Shown: in pieces, positions 14,507-27,532 of the stretch
Layout: the number at the start of each line of letters is the position of its first letter
How positions within the stretch are numbered: position 1 is the first letter of the stretch
Origin: Octopus sinensis
Lineage: Eukaryota
Reading direction: 5' to 3'
Length of the DNA stretch: 64,000 nucleotides
Assembly (NCBI RefSeq): GCF_006345805.1
Contig: NC_043004.1
Span: forward strand, 70,370,001-70,434,000
The notes under the pieces: generated by a model
Database searches by the model: none
What the model was told of the DNA's origin: nothing
Seen by the model: only the letters and a program-made list of their open reading frames with translations
Translations under genes and position numbers: made by a program

Positions 14507-15379
14507 TACTCTTGTTTCAGTCATTTCACTGTGACCATGCTGGAGCACTGTCTCTTTAGTCGAACAAATCGACCCCATAACTTATTCTTTGTAAGCCTAA
14601 TACTCATTGTATTGGTCTCTTTTGCCAGTCTGCAAAGTTATGGGGATGTAAACACACCAACACCAGTTGTCAAGCAAACACAGACACATAAATACATACA
14701 TATTTTTATATATATACTAGCAGTATCGCCCGGCGTTGCTCGGGTTTGTAAGGGAAATAACTATATAAGCATTTTTAGAGAGTTAATTCCCTTATAGATG
14801 CCAATTCGGGCTTTCTTAGCCATTTCTGTTTTGGTGTCTTCAAGCCATGAAGTCGTTGTTCTAAAAGAACGCTGGTCTCCTTGACAACGCTTTACGACGT
14901 TGATATTCTTACACTCCCTTCCCCACAGCTTCACGAGGGAGGGAAGAAGGGGGAGAAGCAAACAGGTGCAGGTGTGACCATGGACGCCAACTCCGCCGCC
15001 ATCGACACACGAAAAATTATGCCTTAAAATGGAATAAAAAATGATGTTAAATTATTTTTAAAATCGTAGACTCATTGTAGACGCGCGCTAATACCCAGAC
15101 GGGCTCGATATGAATCACGACTATAAGATACCCGAATTTGGTTAAACTGCACCGCAAAATGTGGGAGTAGTTAAGAATCTAAATCGAAGGGGACAGACAC
15201 TCACACAACTACAGTTTTATATATATAGATATATGTATATACGATGGGTTTCTTTCAGTTTCCGTCAACCAAATCTACTAACAAGGCTTTGGCCAGCCTG
15301 AGGCGAAAGTAGAAGACACTTGCCCAAGGTGCCATGCAGTGGGACTGAACCCAGAACCATGCAGTTGGCAATCAAGCTT
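14507..15379 (-). mobile_element. SINE family A copy split by a Helitron insertion
   Basis: Tail half at 14507-14716 and head half at 15230-15379 flank the Helitron. Confidence 0.8.
14717..15229 (-). mobile_element. Non-autonomous Helitron, 513 bp
   Basis: Minus strand begins A^TCTATATATATAAAA and ends with an imperfect GC hairpin (14729-14744) 8 nt before CTAG^T. This gives the canonical 5'-TC / 3'-CTRR termini, an AT target site and no TSD. Confidence 0.85.
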
Positions 15380-15383
15380 ATAT

Positions 15384-15439
<56 letters not shown>

Positions 15440-16762
15440 GTCCACATTACTGGTTATTCCACTATTATATTACATATATGAGAACCTACCACATGCACAC
15501 ACATGCAAGTATACAATATACATTCAGACATGTATATATTTATATACACCCAAATATGCACATGTATATATATATATATACATAGATGCACATATACATA
15601 TGTATACACATATTAACTTTCTGCTAATCTCAATCACACAGATAGATAGATAAACACAACAAGCACACACTCATAGACAACACATACGCGTGCATGCAGA
15701 TGCATATATAGACTGCATGACAGCGACATTAACATACACAACTTGACACTCATGTATATTTACAGACAGACAGTCAGACGTATACATATATATACATAAT
15801 TAAGATCAATGACATCTAGACATATGCACGCACATGCACACGTTAGCAAGCATATGCATAAACTGGAAAAAAGGACACACAGACACACACACACTACATA
15901 GACATAGGCATGTACTTGCCCACATGCAAGCACAAGTGTATGCATACATAAACACACATGCACCTACATGACAGATAGACACACAGACACACCCATACAC
16001 ACTTTAACTGTCTGTCTGTCTGTGGAAGACAGGCAAATTGGCAGACATGATATAAATAAAGTCCCCATCATCATCATCATCATCATCAACATCATCATCA
16101 TCATCATCATCATCAACATCTATCAACTACCATTTGTGTTGTTCGTTATCATAAATGCGCCACACACCCCATTCTGCCATCATTGTCCCAACTTCATCAG
16201 CAGTCACAGCATCATTGTCCTACATCAGAAATGACATTCACGGTTTATCCTCCCATGGGGCATTTCGCAGATGATGACTTGACTGGTTGGCAACACTGAG
16301 CATCACAGACAATACCCACCCATCTGACAAGCTGTGGTCATCTTCCCGTTATGTTGTTGGTCAGCTGGGAAGGAGATTGCTATAAAACTATTCATTGGTT
16401 TCTTTCCACCAGATGAAACTGAAGGCCATCCGCACCATTTGAAGACATCCACCAATGTGGGACATTGTGACACAATATCGCTATTAGTTGTTCACGTGAC
16501 TCAATGTTCAGATACTTTTCAAGTATCAAACCAATTTACAATGCTAAGGCATGGCTGTGTAGTTGAGAAGCTCACTTTGCAACCCTGTAGTTCTGTAGTT
16601 TCAGGTTCAGTCCCCCTGCACAGTGCTTTGGACACATGTTTTCTAGGCTTACCCATTCCTTGCAATTAAATTTAGTAGATAGAAAATGTATGGAGGCTCA
16701 TCATAGGTGTGTGATTGTGTGTGTACGTATAAAATTTATATACATATATAAAATTTATATAT

Positions 16763-16910
16763 GTTGTAAGTAGCTTGCTTACCAACCACATGGTTCTGGG
16801 TTCATTCCCACTGCATGGCATCTTGGGCAAGTGTCTTCTACTATAGCCTCAGGCCAACCAAAGCCTTGTGAGTGGATTTGGTAGACGGAAACTGAAAGAA
16901 GTCCATCGTA
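16763..16910 (+). mobile_element. SINE family A, head half only
   Basis: Homologous to the 18642-18810 head. Confidence 0.8.
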
Positions 16911-16952
16911 TATATGTATGTATATATGACTGGGGCAACATGACATGAAGTA

Positions 16953-17369
16953 TTTTACTCTTTTACTCTTTTACTTGTTTCAGTCATTTGACTGAGGCCA
17001 TGCTGGAGCACCGCATTTAGTCAAGCAAATCGACCCCAGGATTTATTCTTTGGAAGCCTAGTACTTCTTCTATCAATCTCTTTTGCTGAACCACTAAGTT
17101 ACAGGGACATAAACACACCAGCATTGGTTGTCAAGTGATGTTGGGGGGGCAAACACAGACACACAAACATATACACATATATACATATATATATATGCAT
17201 ATATACGACGGGCTTCTTTCAGTTTCCGTCTACCAAATCCACTCACAAGGCTTTGGTCGGCCCAAGGCTATAGTAGAAGACACTTGCCCAAGGTGTCACA
17301 CGGTGGGACTGAACCCGGAACCATGTGGTTGGTAAGCAAGCTACTTACCACACAACCACTCCTATGCCT
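16953..17369 (-). mobile_element. SINE family A, full length
   Basis: Same head-CORE-microsatellite-tail structure. Confidence 0.87.
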
Positions 17370-18010
17370 AGGAGTATTTTGCTCAAGAACACATCACACC
17401 ACCCGATCCATAAATTGAACTCATGATTTAGCAATCACAAGTATAGCACCTTAACCACTAGTCCATGTGCCATCACAGTTCTTTAATACTTCTAAAAAGC
17501 CATGCTGGTAAATTGCTCGAATAGATTAACAGGATTTGGGTTGAACCAAAGCTAAACAACAAAGACAAAGGCAATAACTATATTAGGCTCATATCTTAAT
17601 AAATACTCTATGAATCATGGTGGTTCAAGGCTCACTCCATCTGCAACTCTCTCTCTCATTTCTTTTTCTCTCTCTCTTTCACCACTCCAGGTTCAAACTC
17701 CTAATATTTGCTCCATGAATGATAGTACCCAACCTCTGTTACATCAGGTAAATTATTGATTTTTTATTATTATTATTATTATCATTTCCTTTTTTTTATC
17801 TCCATCCTAGCAGCCTATCATCACTTCTATAACACAGGTGAAGATGCAGTGGCAATGTTGTTATTATATTCATCATCAGCTTCATTACTGCTTCCACCAC
17901 CACCAACCACCACCACCAACCACCACCACCACCACCACCACCAACAACAACAACCACCACCACCACCACCACTTGGAGCAATACCTTTTTCATATTCCCT
18001 ATACTATCAA

Positions 18011-18047
<37 letters not shown>

Positions 18048-18048
18048 G

Positions 18049-18113
<65 letters not shown>

Positions 18114-18218
18114 GTCATCATCATCATCATCGTCATCATCAGAATCATTAAAGCATTCTGACCAAGCAGTTTGTGGTGGTATTTGTTCCAGATTATTATG
18201 TTCTGAGTTCAGATCTTA

Positions 18219-18443
18219 TTTCTTAATTCCCCACAAGGGGCTAAACACAGAGGGGGACAAACAAGGACAGACAAACAGATTAAGTCAATTATATCGATCC
18301 CAGTGCGTAACTGGTATTTATTTAATCGACCCCGAAAGGACGAAAGGCAAAGTCGACCTCGGCAGAATTTGAACTCAGAACATTTCAACAGACAAAATAC
18401 TGCTAAGCGTTACTCCCAGCGTGCTAACGTTTCTGCCAGCTGC
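18219..18443 (-). mobile_element. SINE family B
   Basis: Reverse strand has GAGTTCAAATTC (B box) followed by gccgaggtcgactttgcctttcgtcctttcggggtcgat, shared with the copies at 32010, 35022 and 62857. Confidence 0.75.
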
Positions 18444-18641
18444 CAGTTCAAATTTTGCTAAGTCAACTTTATCTTTCATCTTTCCAGGGCCAGTAAAGTA
18501 AAGAACCAATCAAGTATTGGATCCAGTATAACAGGATAACCTGTTTCCCCAATTTTCAGGCTCTGTGCCTAAGTTAAGAATAATTAAAGGTAATGAGCTA
18601 GCAGAAACATTAAATAATCAGAAAAAAAAAAACTATCAATA

Positions 18642-19049
18642 GGTGCAGGAGTGGCTGTGTGGTAAGTAGCTTGCCTACCAACCACATGGTTCCGGGTTCA
18701 GTCCCACTGTGTGGCATCTTGGGCGAGTGTCTTCTGCTATAGCCCCGGGCCGACCAATGCCTTGTGAGTGGATTTGGTAGACGGAAACTGAAAGAAGCCT
18801 GTCGTATATATGTATATATATGTATGTGTATGTATATGTTTGTGTGTCTGTGTTTGTCCCCCTAGCATTGCTTGACAACCGATGCTGGTGTGTTTACGTC
18901 CCCATCACTTAGCGGTTCAGCAAAACAAACCGATAGAATAAGTACTGGGCTTACAAAGAATAAGTCCCGGGGTCGATTTGCTCAACTAAAGGCGGTGCTC
19001 CAGCATGGCCGCAGTAAAATGACTGAAACAAGTAAAAGAGTAAAGAGTA
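18642..19049 (+). mobile_element. SINE family A, full length, sense orientation
   Basis: gcaggagTGGCTGTGTGGTaag (A box) ... GGGTTCAGTCCC (B box) ... tail gactgaaacaagtaaaagagtaaagagt. Confidence 0.88.
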
Positions 19050-19271
19050 ATTGCATTTCTTGTAGCTCTTTCCATCCTGAGTTCAAATTTTGCTAACGCC
19101 AGTGAAGTACTGGAATTGGCACTATAGACTAACACCTGTGTTCCCAAATTTCTGGCCCCATACCTACCCTGTCAGCTGCACTATGATCACAGACTTAATT
19201 AATACATATCATCATCATCAGCAGCAGCAGCAGCGTCAGCATCATCATCACCATTAACAACACCACACTTA

Positions 19272-19493
19272 CGAGGGGTTGCTGAAAAATTCCTGGCTTT
19301 AAGGTTATTGCAAAAGGCCTGATTGGGGGCCCAATCTTCCTAATTGTTTTTACAGGGTTTAGAAAAACTGAAGGACCAATGCAATATGAGTGTGAATCAG
19401 TGAGGGGGAGGAATATGTTGAGTAAAATCATAATAGACTGATCCTCCTCTATTTTCTTTTACTCAAAGCTAGGAACTTTTCAGCATCCCTTCA
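19272..19493 (+). mobile_element. mariner-derived MITE (copy 1)
   Basis: TA flanks; TIR cgaggggttgctgaaaaattcctggcttt / aaagctaggaacttttcagcatcccttca; decayed mariner C-terminus (GLEKLKDQC...EYVE*). A second copy is at 43932. Confidence 0.8.
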
Positions 19494-20369
19494 TACTAGT
19501 CTAGTTACCATCTTAACACTATTTCAATCATCATCATCATCATCATCATTATCATCAGTAGCAACAGCAGCAGCCTCACCACCACCACCAACCACCACCA
19601 CCACCACCACCCTCATCATCATCATCATCATCATTTTTGTTGCCGTTGTCACCACTGCTGCCACCGCCACCACCACCACCACCACCCTCATCATCATCAT
19701 CACCCTCATCATCAGCATCATTGTTGTCATAATCATCGTACTCATCGTCTTCACTATCACCATTCTGTTTAGCACCATCACTCCCATAACCACCACCTCT
19801 GTACCACCACCAACACTGCGACCTTCACAAACAGCACCTCTTCATCGCTACAAACAGAATCCCCACCATCACCATCACACCACCACCACCACCACCACCA
19901 CCATCATATGACCACGACTAACTTCACTACGACCACCACCACTACAAACCCCATCACCACAAACACCTCCACCACCACCACCACCACAAACATCCCCCTC
20001 CATACTACCACCAGTTCTCTGCTACCACCATCACCTTTCCACTGCCACCACTACCACCAACAAAAATACCTCCACCATCAACATCATTACACTATGAATT
20101 CCCTTCACAATTCACATCATCAGGTACATGATCTGCCAGTAAGCTGCAGGGGTTGCAATCTTATTTACACGTGTACTCTGCAGATATTCATCTACACCCT
20201 CTCCATAAGCACACAGCCCCAGCTACAACATCCGAGTGTGTCAGTCTTTTACTTTTTAGTTCAACATGCTATTTATTAGATGATGCAATCAATATATACA
20301 TGTATATACATGCGTGTGTGTGTGTATGTGTTATATAGTTATATATATGTGTGCATGTATGTATGTATG

Positions 20370-20409
<40 letters not shown>

Positions 20410-20711
20410 CATACACACACACATGCACACACACACACACATATATATGAATAAGGCATTGAAATTGTGATGATCTTTGGTTGATAATTGAGATAGCTGA
20501 TGAGGGGTGAGTGTGTCCACATACTCTGTGTATTTTTTCCTGTTTTTTATGTTCCTATGTCATCCTCGAGGGCCACATTTGATTACATATGTGTGTGTGT
20601 ATGTGTGTCTGTATATATATATATATATGCATAAATGCATATATGCATGTATATATATATATATATGTATGTATGTATGTATGTATATATATATGTATAT
20701 ATGTATGTATG

Positions 20712-20747
<36 letters not shown>

Positions 20748-20811
20748 TGTATGCATGTATGTACATATATGTACATATATATAATTATACATGTATATAT
20801 ATGTATATATA

Positions 20812-23800
20812 TCATCATCATCATCATCACCGTTTAACGTCTGTTTTCTGTGCTAGCACGGGTTGGATGGTTCGACCAGGGATCTGGGAAGCCAGGAGGC
20901 TGCACCAGGCTCCAGTCTGATCTGGCAGTGCTTCTACAGCTGGATGCCCTTCCTAACGCCAACCACTCCATGAGTGTAGTGGGTGCTTTTTACATGCCAC
21001 CGGCACAGGTGCCAGGGGAGCCTGGCATCGGCCACCATCGGCTGGTGCTTTTTACGTGCCACCGGCACAGAAGCCAGTCAAGGCGGCGCTGGCATCGGCC
21101 ACGTTCGGATGGTGCTTTTTACGTGCCACCGGCTGGCATCGGCCACGTTCGGATGGTGCTTTTTACGTGCCACCGGCTGGCATCGGCCACGTTCGGATGG
21201 TGCTTTTTACGTGCCACCGGCTGGCATCGGCCACGTTCGGATGGTGCTTTTTACGTGCCACCGGCTGGCATCGGCCACGTTCGGATGGTGCTTTTTACGT
21301 GCCACCGGCACAGAAGTCAGGCAAGGCGGTGCTGGCATCAGCTACATTCGGATGGTGCTTTTTACGTGCCACCGGCTGGCATCAGCCACGTTCGGATGGT
21401 TCATTTTACGTGCCACCGGCACAGAAGTCAGGCAAGGCGGTGGTGCTGGCATCAGCCACGTTCGGATGGTTCATTTTACGTGCCACCGGCTGGCATCAGC
21501 CACGTTCGGATGGTTCATTTTACGTGCCACCGGCACAGAAGTCAGGCAAGGCGGTGCTGGCATCAGCCACGTTCGGATGGTTCATTTTACGTGCCACCGG
21601 CTGGCATCAGCCACGTTCGGATGGTTCATTTTACGTGCCACCGGCACAGAAGTCAGGCAAGGCGGTGCTGGCATCAGCCACGTTCGGATGGTTCATTTTA
21701 CGTGCCACCGGCTGGCATCAGCCACGTTCGGATGGTTCATTTTACGTGCACCGGCACAGAAGTCAGGCAAGGCGGTGCTGGCATCAGCCACGTTCGGATG
21801 GTTCATTTTACGTGCCACGGCTGGCATCAGCCACGTTTGGATGGTTCATTTTACGTGCCACCGGCACAGAAGTCAGGCAAGGCGGTGCTGGCATCAGCCA
21901 CGTTCGGATGGTTCATTTTACGTGCCACCGGCTGGCATCAGCCACGTTCGGATGGTTCATTTTACGTGCCACCGGCACAGAAGTCAGGCAAGGCGGTGCT
22001 GGCATCAGCCACGTTCGGATGGTTCATTTTACGTGCCACCGGCTGGCATCAGCCACGTTCGGATGGTTCATTTTACGTGCCACCGGCACAGAAGTCAGGC
22101 AAGGCGGTGCTGGCATCAGCCACGTTCGGATGGTTCATTTTACGTGCCACCGGCTGGCATCAGCCACGTTCGGATGGTTCATTTTACGTGCCACCGGCAC
22201 AGAAGTCAGGCAAGGCGGTGCTGGCATCAGCCACGTTCGGATGGTGCTTTTTACGTGCCACCGGCTGGCATCAGCCACGTTCGGATGGTTCATTTTACGT
22301 GCCACCGGCACAGAAGTCAGGCAAGGCGGTGCTGGCATCAGCCACGTTCGGATGGTTCATTTTACGTGCCACCGGCTGGCATCAGCCACGTTCGGATGGT
22401 TCATTTTACGTGCCACCGGCACAGAAGTCAGGCAAGGCGGCGGTGCTGGCATCGGCCACGTTCGGATGGTGCTTTTTACGTGCCACCGGCTGGCATCAGC
22501 CACGTTCGGATGGTTCATTTTACGTGCCACCGGCACAGAAGTCAGGCAAGGCGGTGCTGGCATCAGCCACGATCGGCTGGTGCATTTTACGTGCCACCGG
22601 CACAGAAGCCAGTCAAGGCGGTGCTGGCATCAGCCACGTTCGGATGGTTCATTTTACGTGCCACCGGCACAGAAGTCAGGCAAGGCGGCGCTGGCATCAG
22701 CTACATTCGGATGGTGCTTTTTACGTGCCACCGGCTGGCATCAGCCACGTTCGGATGGTGCTTTTTACGTGCCACCGGCTGGCATCAGCCACCATCGGCT
22801 GGTGCTTTTTACGTGCCACCGGCTGGCATCAGCTACATTCGGATGGTGCTTTTTACGTGCCACCGGCTGGCATCAGCCATGTTCGGATGGTGCTTTTTAC
22901 GTGCCACCGGCTGGCATCAGCCATGTTCGGATGGTGCTTTTTACGTGCCACCGGCACAGAAGTCAGGCAAGGCGGTGCTGGCATCAGCCACGTTCGGATG
23001 GTTCATTTTACGTGCCACCGGCTGGCATCAGCCACGTTCGGATGGTTCATTTTACGTGCCACCGGCACAGAAGTCAGGCAAGGCGGTGCTGGCATCAGCC
23101 ACGTTCGGATGGTTCATTTTACGTGCCACCGGCACAGAAGTCAGGCAAGGCGGTGCTGGCATCAGCCACGTTCGGATGGTTCATTTTACGTGCCACCGGC
23201 TGGCATCAACCACGTTCGGATGGTGCTTTTTACGTGCCACCGGCTGGCATCAGCCATGTTCGGATGGTGCTTTTTACGTGCCACCGGCTGGCATCAGCCA
23301 CGTTCGGATGGTGCTTTTTACGTGCCACTGGCACAGAAGCCAGTCAAGGCAGCACTGGCATCAGCCATGTTCGGATGGTGCTTTTTACGTGCCACCGGCA
23401 CAGAAGTCAGGCAAGGCGGCGCTGGCATCAGCTACATTCGGATGGTGCTTTTTACGTGCCACCGGCTGGCATCAGCCACGTTCGGATGGTGCTTTTTACG
23501 TGCACCGGCACAGAAGTCAGGCAAGGCGGCGCTGGCATCAGCTACATTCGGATGGTGCTGCTTTTACGTGCCACCGGCTGGCATCAGCCACGTTCGGATG
23601 GTGCTTTTTACGTGCCACCGGCACAGAAGTCAGGCAAGGCGGCGCTGGCATCAGCCATGTTCGGATGGTGCTTTTTACGTGCCACTGGCACAGGTATCAC
23701 AACTACTATTTCCATTGATATTTATTTCGATGTTCATGTACTTGACTCAATAGGTATCCTCAAGCACAGCAGGTTGTTCTGAAATCCAAGGTACTTTGAA

Positions 23801-23944
23801 TGGGCTGGGGCTATGCGGAACTAGTGCAGGAAGCAGCCCGGGTCTTTGCAGTCACAGCATATCTCCAGAGATCTCGGTCCTTCGTCATTGCCTCTGTGAG
23901 GCCCAACGCTCTGAGGTCATGCTTGACTACCTCATCCCATGTCT
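20812..23944 (-). mobile_element. 5'-truncated RTE LINE with expanded 3' UTR
   Basis: Minus strand 23942-23811 encodes TWDEVVKHDLRALGLTEAMTKDRDLWRYAV...*, the RTE ORF2 C-terminal signature. The far end has gttggcgttaggaagggcatccagc and a (GAT)n tail, as in the copy at 53812-54597. Confidence 0.88.
21002..23686. repeat. Tandem array of 49 units: 26 short (44 bp) and 23 long (~67 bp), with a 111-bp higher-order core
   Basis: Parsed by hand at each gccacc|gg junction. Long = short + 23-bp insert (cacagaagtcaggcaaggcggtg type). Strict L-S alternation runs from 21307 to 22598. Confidence 0.95.
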
Positions 23945-24312
23945 ACACATGCATATGTATGTATATATACATACATACACACATGCATATGTACACACAC
24001 ACACACACATATATGCATGTATGTATGTATAAGCACACAGTTTTACTTGAAGATGCAATGTTCATAACATCATACACGCACCATACTCACTCACACATAA
24101 TCCACTGCTTCCATACCCCTCCTCCTTCCACATACACATGTATTCTCTCTCCCTCTTTCTTTCCTACTTTCTCTCTCTCTCTCTCTCTCTCATACAGACA
24201 CTCATTCTCTCTCTTCTTCTCTCTCTAATATATATATATATGTACAATGCATCCATATTCATAACTCTTGACAGCTATTTATTCACACACTCTCAGATAG
24301 TCTAAAGCACAT

Positions 24313-24350
<38 letters not shown>

Positions 24351-24700
24351 GTGCACACACATGTACACACACAAACACACACATGCACACTCAAACACAA
24401 GTACAGGCACACAATCACACCCCCCTCTCTCACATATACTCATACATATGTATAATTTCTCTTCCACCCTCCCTTACACAAACATACACACACACACACA
24501 TACGCATACACACGTGTATATATACACACACAGCCTTCCTTTTGCATCCATCACAAAAGTCATTTAAATGAATCCCAGAAGTATATGTATGTTTATGACA
24601 ACTTGTGTGTGTGTAAATGTTTGTGACAACTTGTGTGTGTGTGTTTCTGTGTTTGTCTATAATAATTATTCACATACATGTATATCCTTAACTTTCCATA

Positions 24701-25177
24701 ACCATGTGGTTGTGTGGTAAGTAGCTTGCTTACCAACCACATGGTTCCCGGTTCAGTCGCACTGTGTGGCACCTTGGGCAAGTCTCTTCTACTATAGCCT
24801 CGGGCCGACCAAAGCCTTGTGAGCGGATATGGTAAACGAAAGTTGAAAGAAGCCCATCGTATCATCATCATCATTTAACGTCCGCTTTCCATGCTAGCAT
24901 GGGTTGGACGACTTGATTGAGGTCTGGCAAACTAGATGGCTGCACCAGGCTCCAGTGTGTGTATGTATGTGTGTGTTTGTGTGTCTGTGTTTGTCCTCCC
25001 ACCATCGCTTGACAACCGATGTTGGTGTGTTTACATCCCTATAACTTATCGGTTCAGCAAAAGAGACCGATAGAATAAGTACTAGGCTTACAAAGAATAA
25101 GTCCTGGGGCTGATTTGTTCAACTAAAGGTGCTGCTCCAGCATAGCCACAATCAAATGACTGAAACAAATAAAAGAA
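24701..25177 (+). mobile_element. SINE family A with nested RTE 3' fragment
   Basis: The head and tail halves are separated at the internal microsatellite by the 24861-24955 fragment. Confidence 0.82.
24861..24955 (-). mobile_element. RTE 3'-terminal fragment
   Basis: catcatcatttaacgtccgctttccatgctagcatgggttggac is the reverse complement of the RTE terminus at 54520-54550. Confidence 0.8.
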
Positions 25178-25308
25178 TATGCATATACACATTTGGTTAC
25201 ATACAGACATATCCACACATGTACTCACAGACACATTTTATCAACATGAATGATAACAAGTTTCAATACAAAGACTAACACTCAGGCACACCGACACACA
25301 CTCATCAT

Positions 25309-25339
<31 letters not shown>

Positions 25340-26466
25340 GTCATAATCATCTCATCACTGTCATAGTCATCATCATCATTATCATTATCATCGTCAATAC
25401 TTTTATCTTCAGCAACCCAGATATTACTTAGTACTTAAGCTTTCAAAGGAACCATTTAAGCTCAACAAAAATAGTGTCTGTAATTAACTAATAGGTCTTA
25501 ATTAGTATTTAGTTATTTTTTTAATGACTCAGCTATGAGAAAGGGACAGTGCTGGAGACTGGTTAGATTGATGTGTTTTATATTCATCTCAAATATCTGT
25601 AGATTGATGCCAACAGAAACTTCAGTGATGCAGTAAAACCCTTCCGAGTAATACTGACTCATAGGGGCCAGTTTCTTGGTTTCATGACATATATATTCCT
25701 CACCTGGATGGAACGCTGCTCCGACACAGGATTACTCATTTTTGCCAGACTGGAGCAACGTAAAATGAAGTGTTTTCCTCAACAACATAACGCATCACCC
25801 AGTTCGGGAATCAAAACTCGGAATATACTATACCCCAGGTTTTATATTCCATTGGGAGTAAAGGGGTAAAGTAAATAAGTAGTTCAGAGAATTAAGAGCC
25901 ATTATTGTGAAGAAGTGTGGGAGAGAGAGAGAGAAAGGTGGGGGTGGCAGTATATCTGTGATCTAAAAATTGTATCATTTTGGTTTGTGGGAATTTTGTT
26001 AATCATCTGGATCATCTAGACTTTCTTTTAAATGTAATGTAGAATCTATAAACGTCTAGCAGCAGCATAACAAGAATGGGAGCAAAACTTTACTGTGGGC
26101 TTTTATTGAGCTTTGTATAGGGTTAGGTGCTGATAGGGCCCCTCAGAGAAATTTGGTAATGTTGAACAAGACTACTTTTGGCTCTGAAATTATAGAATTC
26201 AAAGAAGCAAAATTTTCTTTTTCGCCTTTTGAGAGGGGCCCAGGGGCAGGTGGTCACAAGTCCCTCTTTAGTTCCCTGCATTCCTAGATAGATGCAATCC
26301 CTCTTGCAGACCCTATTTTATACTTATAACTGAAGTATTTTCTGGCCATCAAAGACTTACGGCAAATAGTTGTGAGTAGATTTAAGTACCTTCATTAGTC
26401 AATATACAGTGCCATGTGGTGGGTAATCCAAGCTTCTAATCTCACATCCCTCCTGACAAATACCAA

Positions 26467-27056
26467 TCTTTTATCTTTTATTTGTTTCAGTCTTTAGATT
26501 GTGGCCATGCTGGGGCACCACCTTGAAGAATTTTTAGTTGAATGAATCAACCCCAGTACTTTTTTTAAAAACCTTGTACTTATTCTATCAATCTCTTTTG
26601 CTGAACCACTATATTACAGGGATGTAAACACATCAACACTGGTTGTCAAGTGGTGGTGGGAGACAAACACACACACAAACACACACACCGCACACAAATA
26701 TATGATGGGCTTCTTCTAGTTTCTGTTTACCAAATTCACTCACAGGGCTGGCCAAGACTGCTGTCAAAAAAGCTTCCCAAGGTGCCACACAGAGGGACTG
26801 AACCTGGAACCATGTTATTGGGTAGCAAGGTTCTTACCACACAGCCACTCCTTCTCCTGTCAATACAAAGTAATTTTTTTTATGTTACTCTTTTACTCTT
26901 TCACTTGTTTCTGTCATTTGACTGTGGCCATGCTGGAGCACCGCCTTTAATTGGTCTCTTTTGCCAAACCATTAAACTACAGGGATGTAAACACACCAGC
27001 ATTGGTTGTCAAGTGATGTTGGGGGGACGAACACAGACACACAAACATATACATGC

Positions 27057-27112
<56 letters not shown>

Positions 27113-27282
27113 CTATATATATATACATACATACATATATACGACAGGCTTCTTTCAGTTTCCGTCTACCGAATCTGCTCACAAGGCTTTGGTCGCCCTG
27201 AGGCTATAGTAGAAGACACTTGCCCAAAGTGCCATGCAGTGGGACTGAACCGGGAACCATGTGGTTGGTAAGCAAGCTACCT
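26467..27282 (-). mobile_element. Two SINE family A copies in tandem (26467-26853, 26886-27282; second internally deleted)
   Basis: Two successive tail-to-head units. Confidence 0.82.
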
Positions 27283-27532
27283 ACATTTTCCTATGTTTTA
27301 CTTGTTTTCTTTTTCTCCAATACAGAACAGTTAGGAAAAATTTACCTTATGTAGAATTATTCTAAAATAAGCAGTTTATATAAAAAGCTACATACCCAAA
27401 GCGGTATTATCGCAGAAGACTAAATGTGTCAGGAATCATTAAGTATATAAAGTTATAAATAATCTTTCATTTTCACAATTTGTAGTAATAAATATAGTAC
27501 AGTCCAGAAGAAACCTCATCAGGTTACATAAT

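Noticed and set aside
16200-16520. Repeat-free segment as a coding exon
   Set aside because: Frames contain stops or give no recognisable domain, and I found no convincing splice pair.
18642-18730. tRNA genes at SINE heads
   Set aside because: A/B boxes run straight into CORE-like SINE bodies, and I could not build a complete cloverleaf.
21131-21174. Hammerhead in the array unit (ctgatg on the minus strand)
   Set aside because: It reads CUGAUGC, with no GAAA partner or stems.
21002-23686. CRISPR-like appearance (constant repeat with inserts)
   Set aside because: The inserts are near-identical rather than unique spacers, there are no cas genes, the context is eukaryotic, and the unit derives from the RTE UTR.
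20850-23782. Three overlapping 908-967-aa ORFs
   Set aside because: The 44/67-bp units contain no TAA, TAG or TGA on the plus strand, so all three frames stay open and cycle through the same peptides. They are antisense to an RTE UTR and carry frame-shifting indels.
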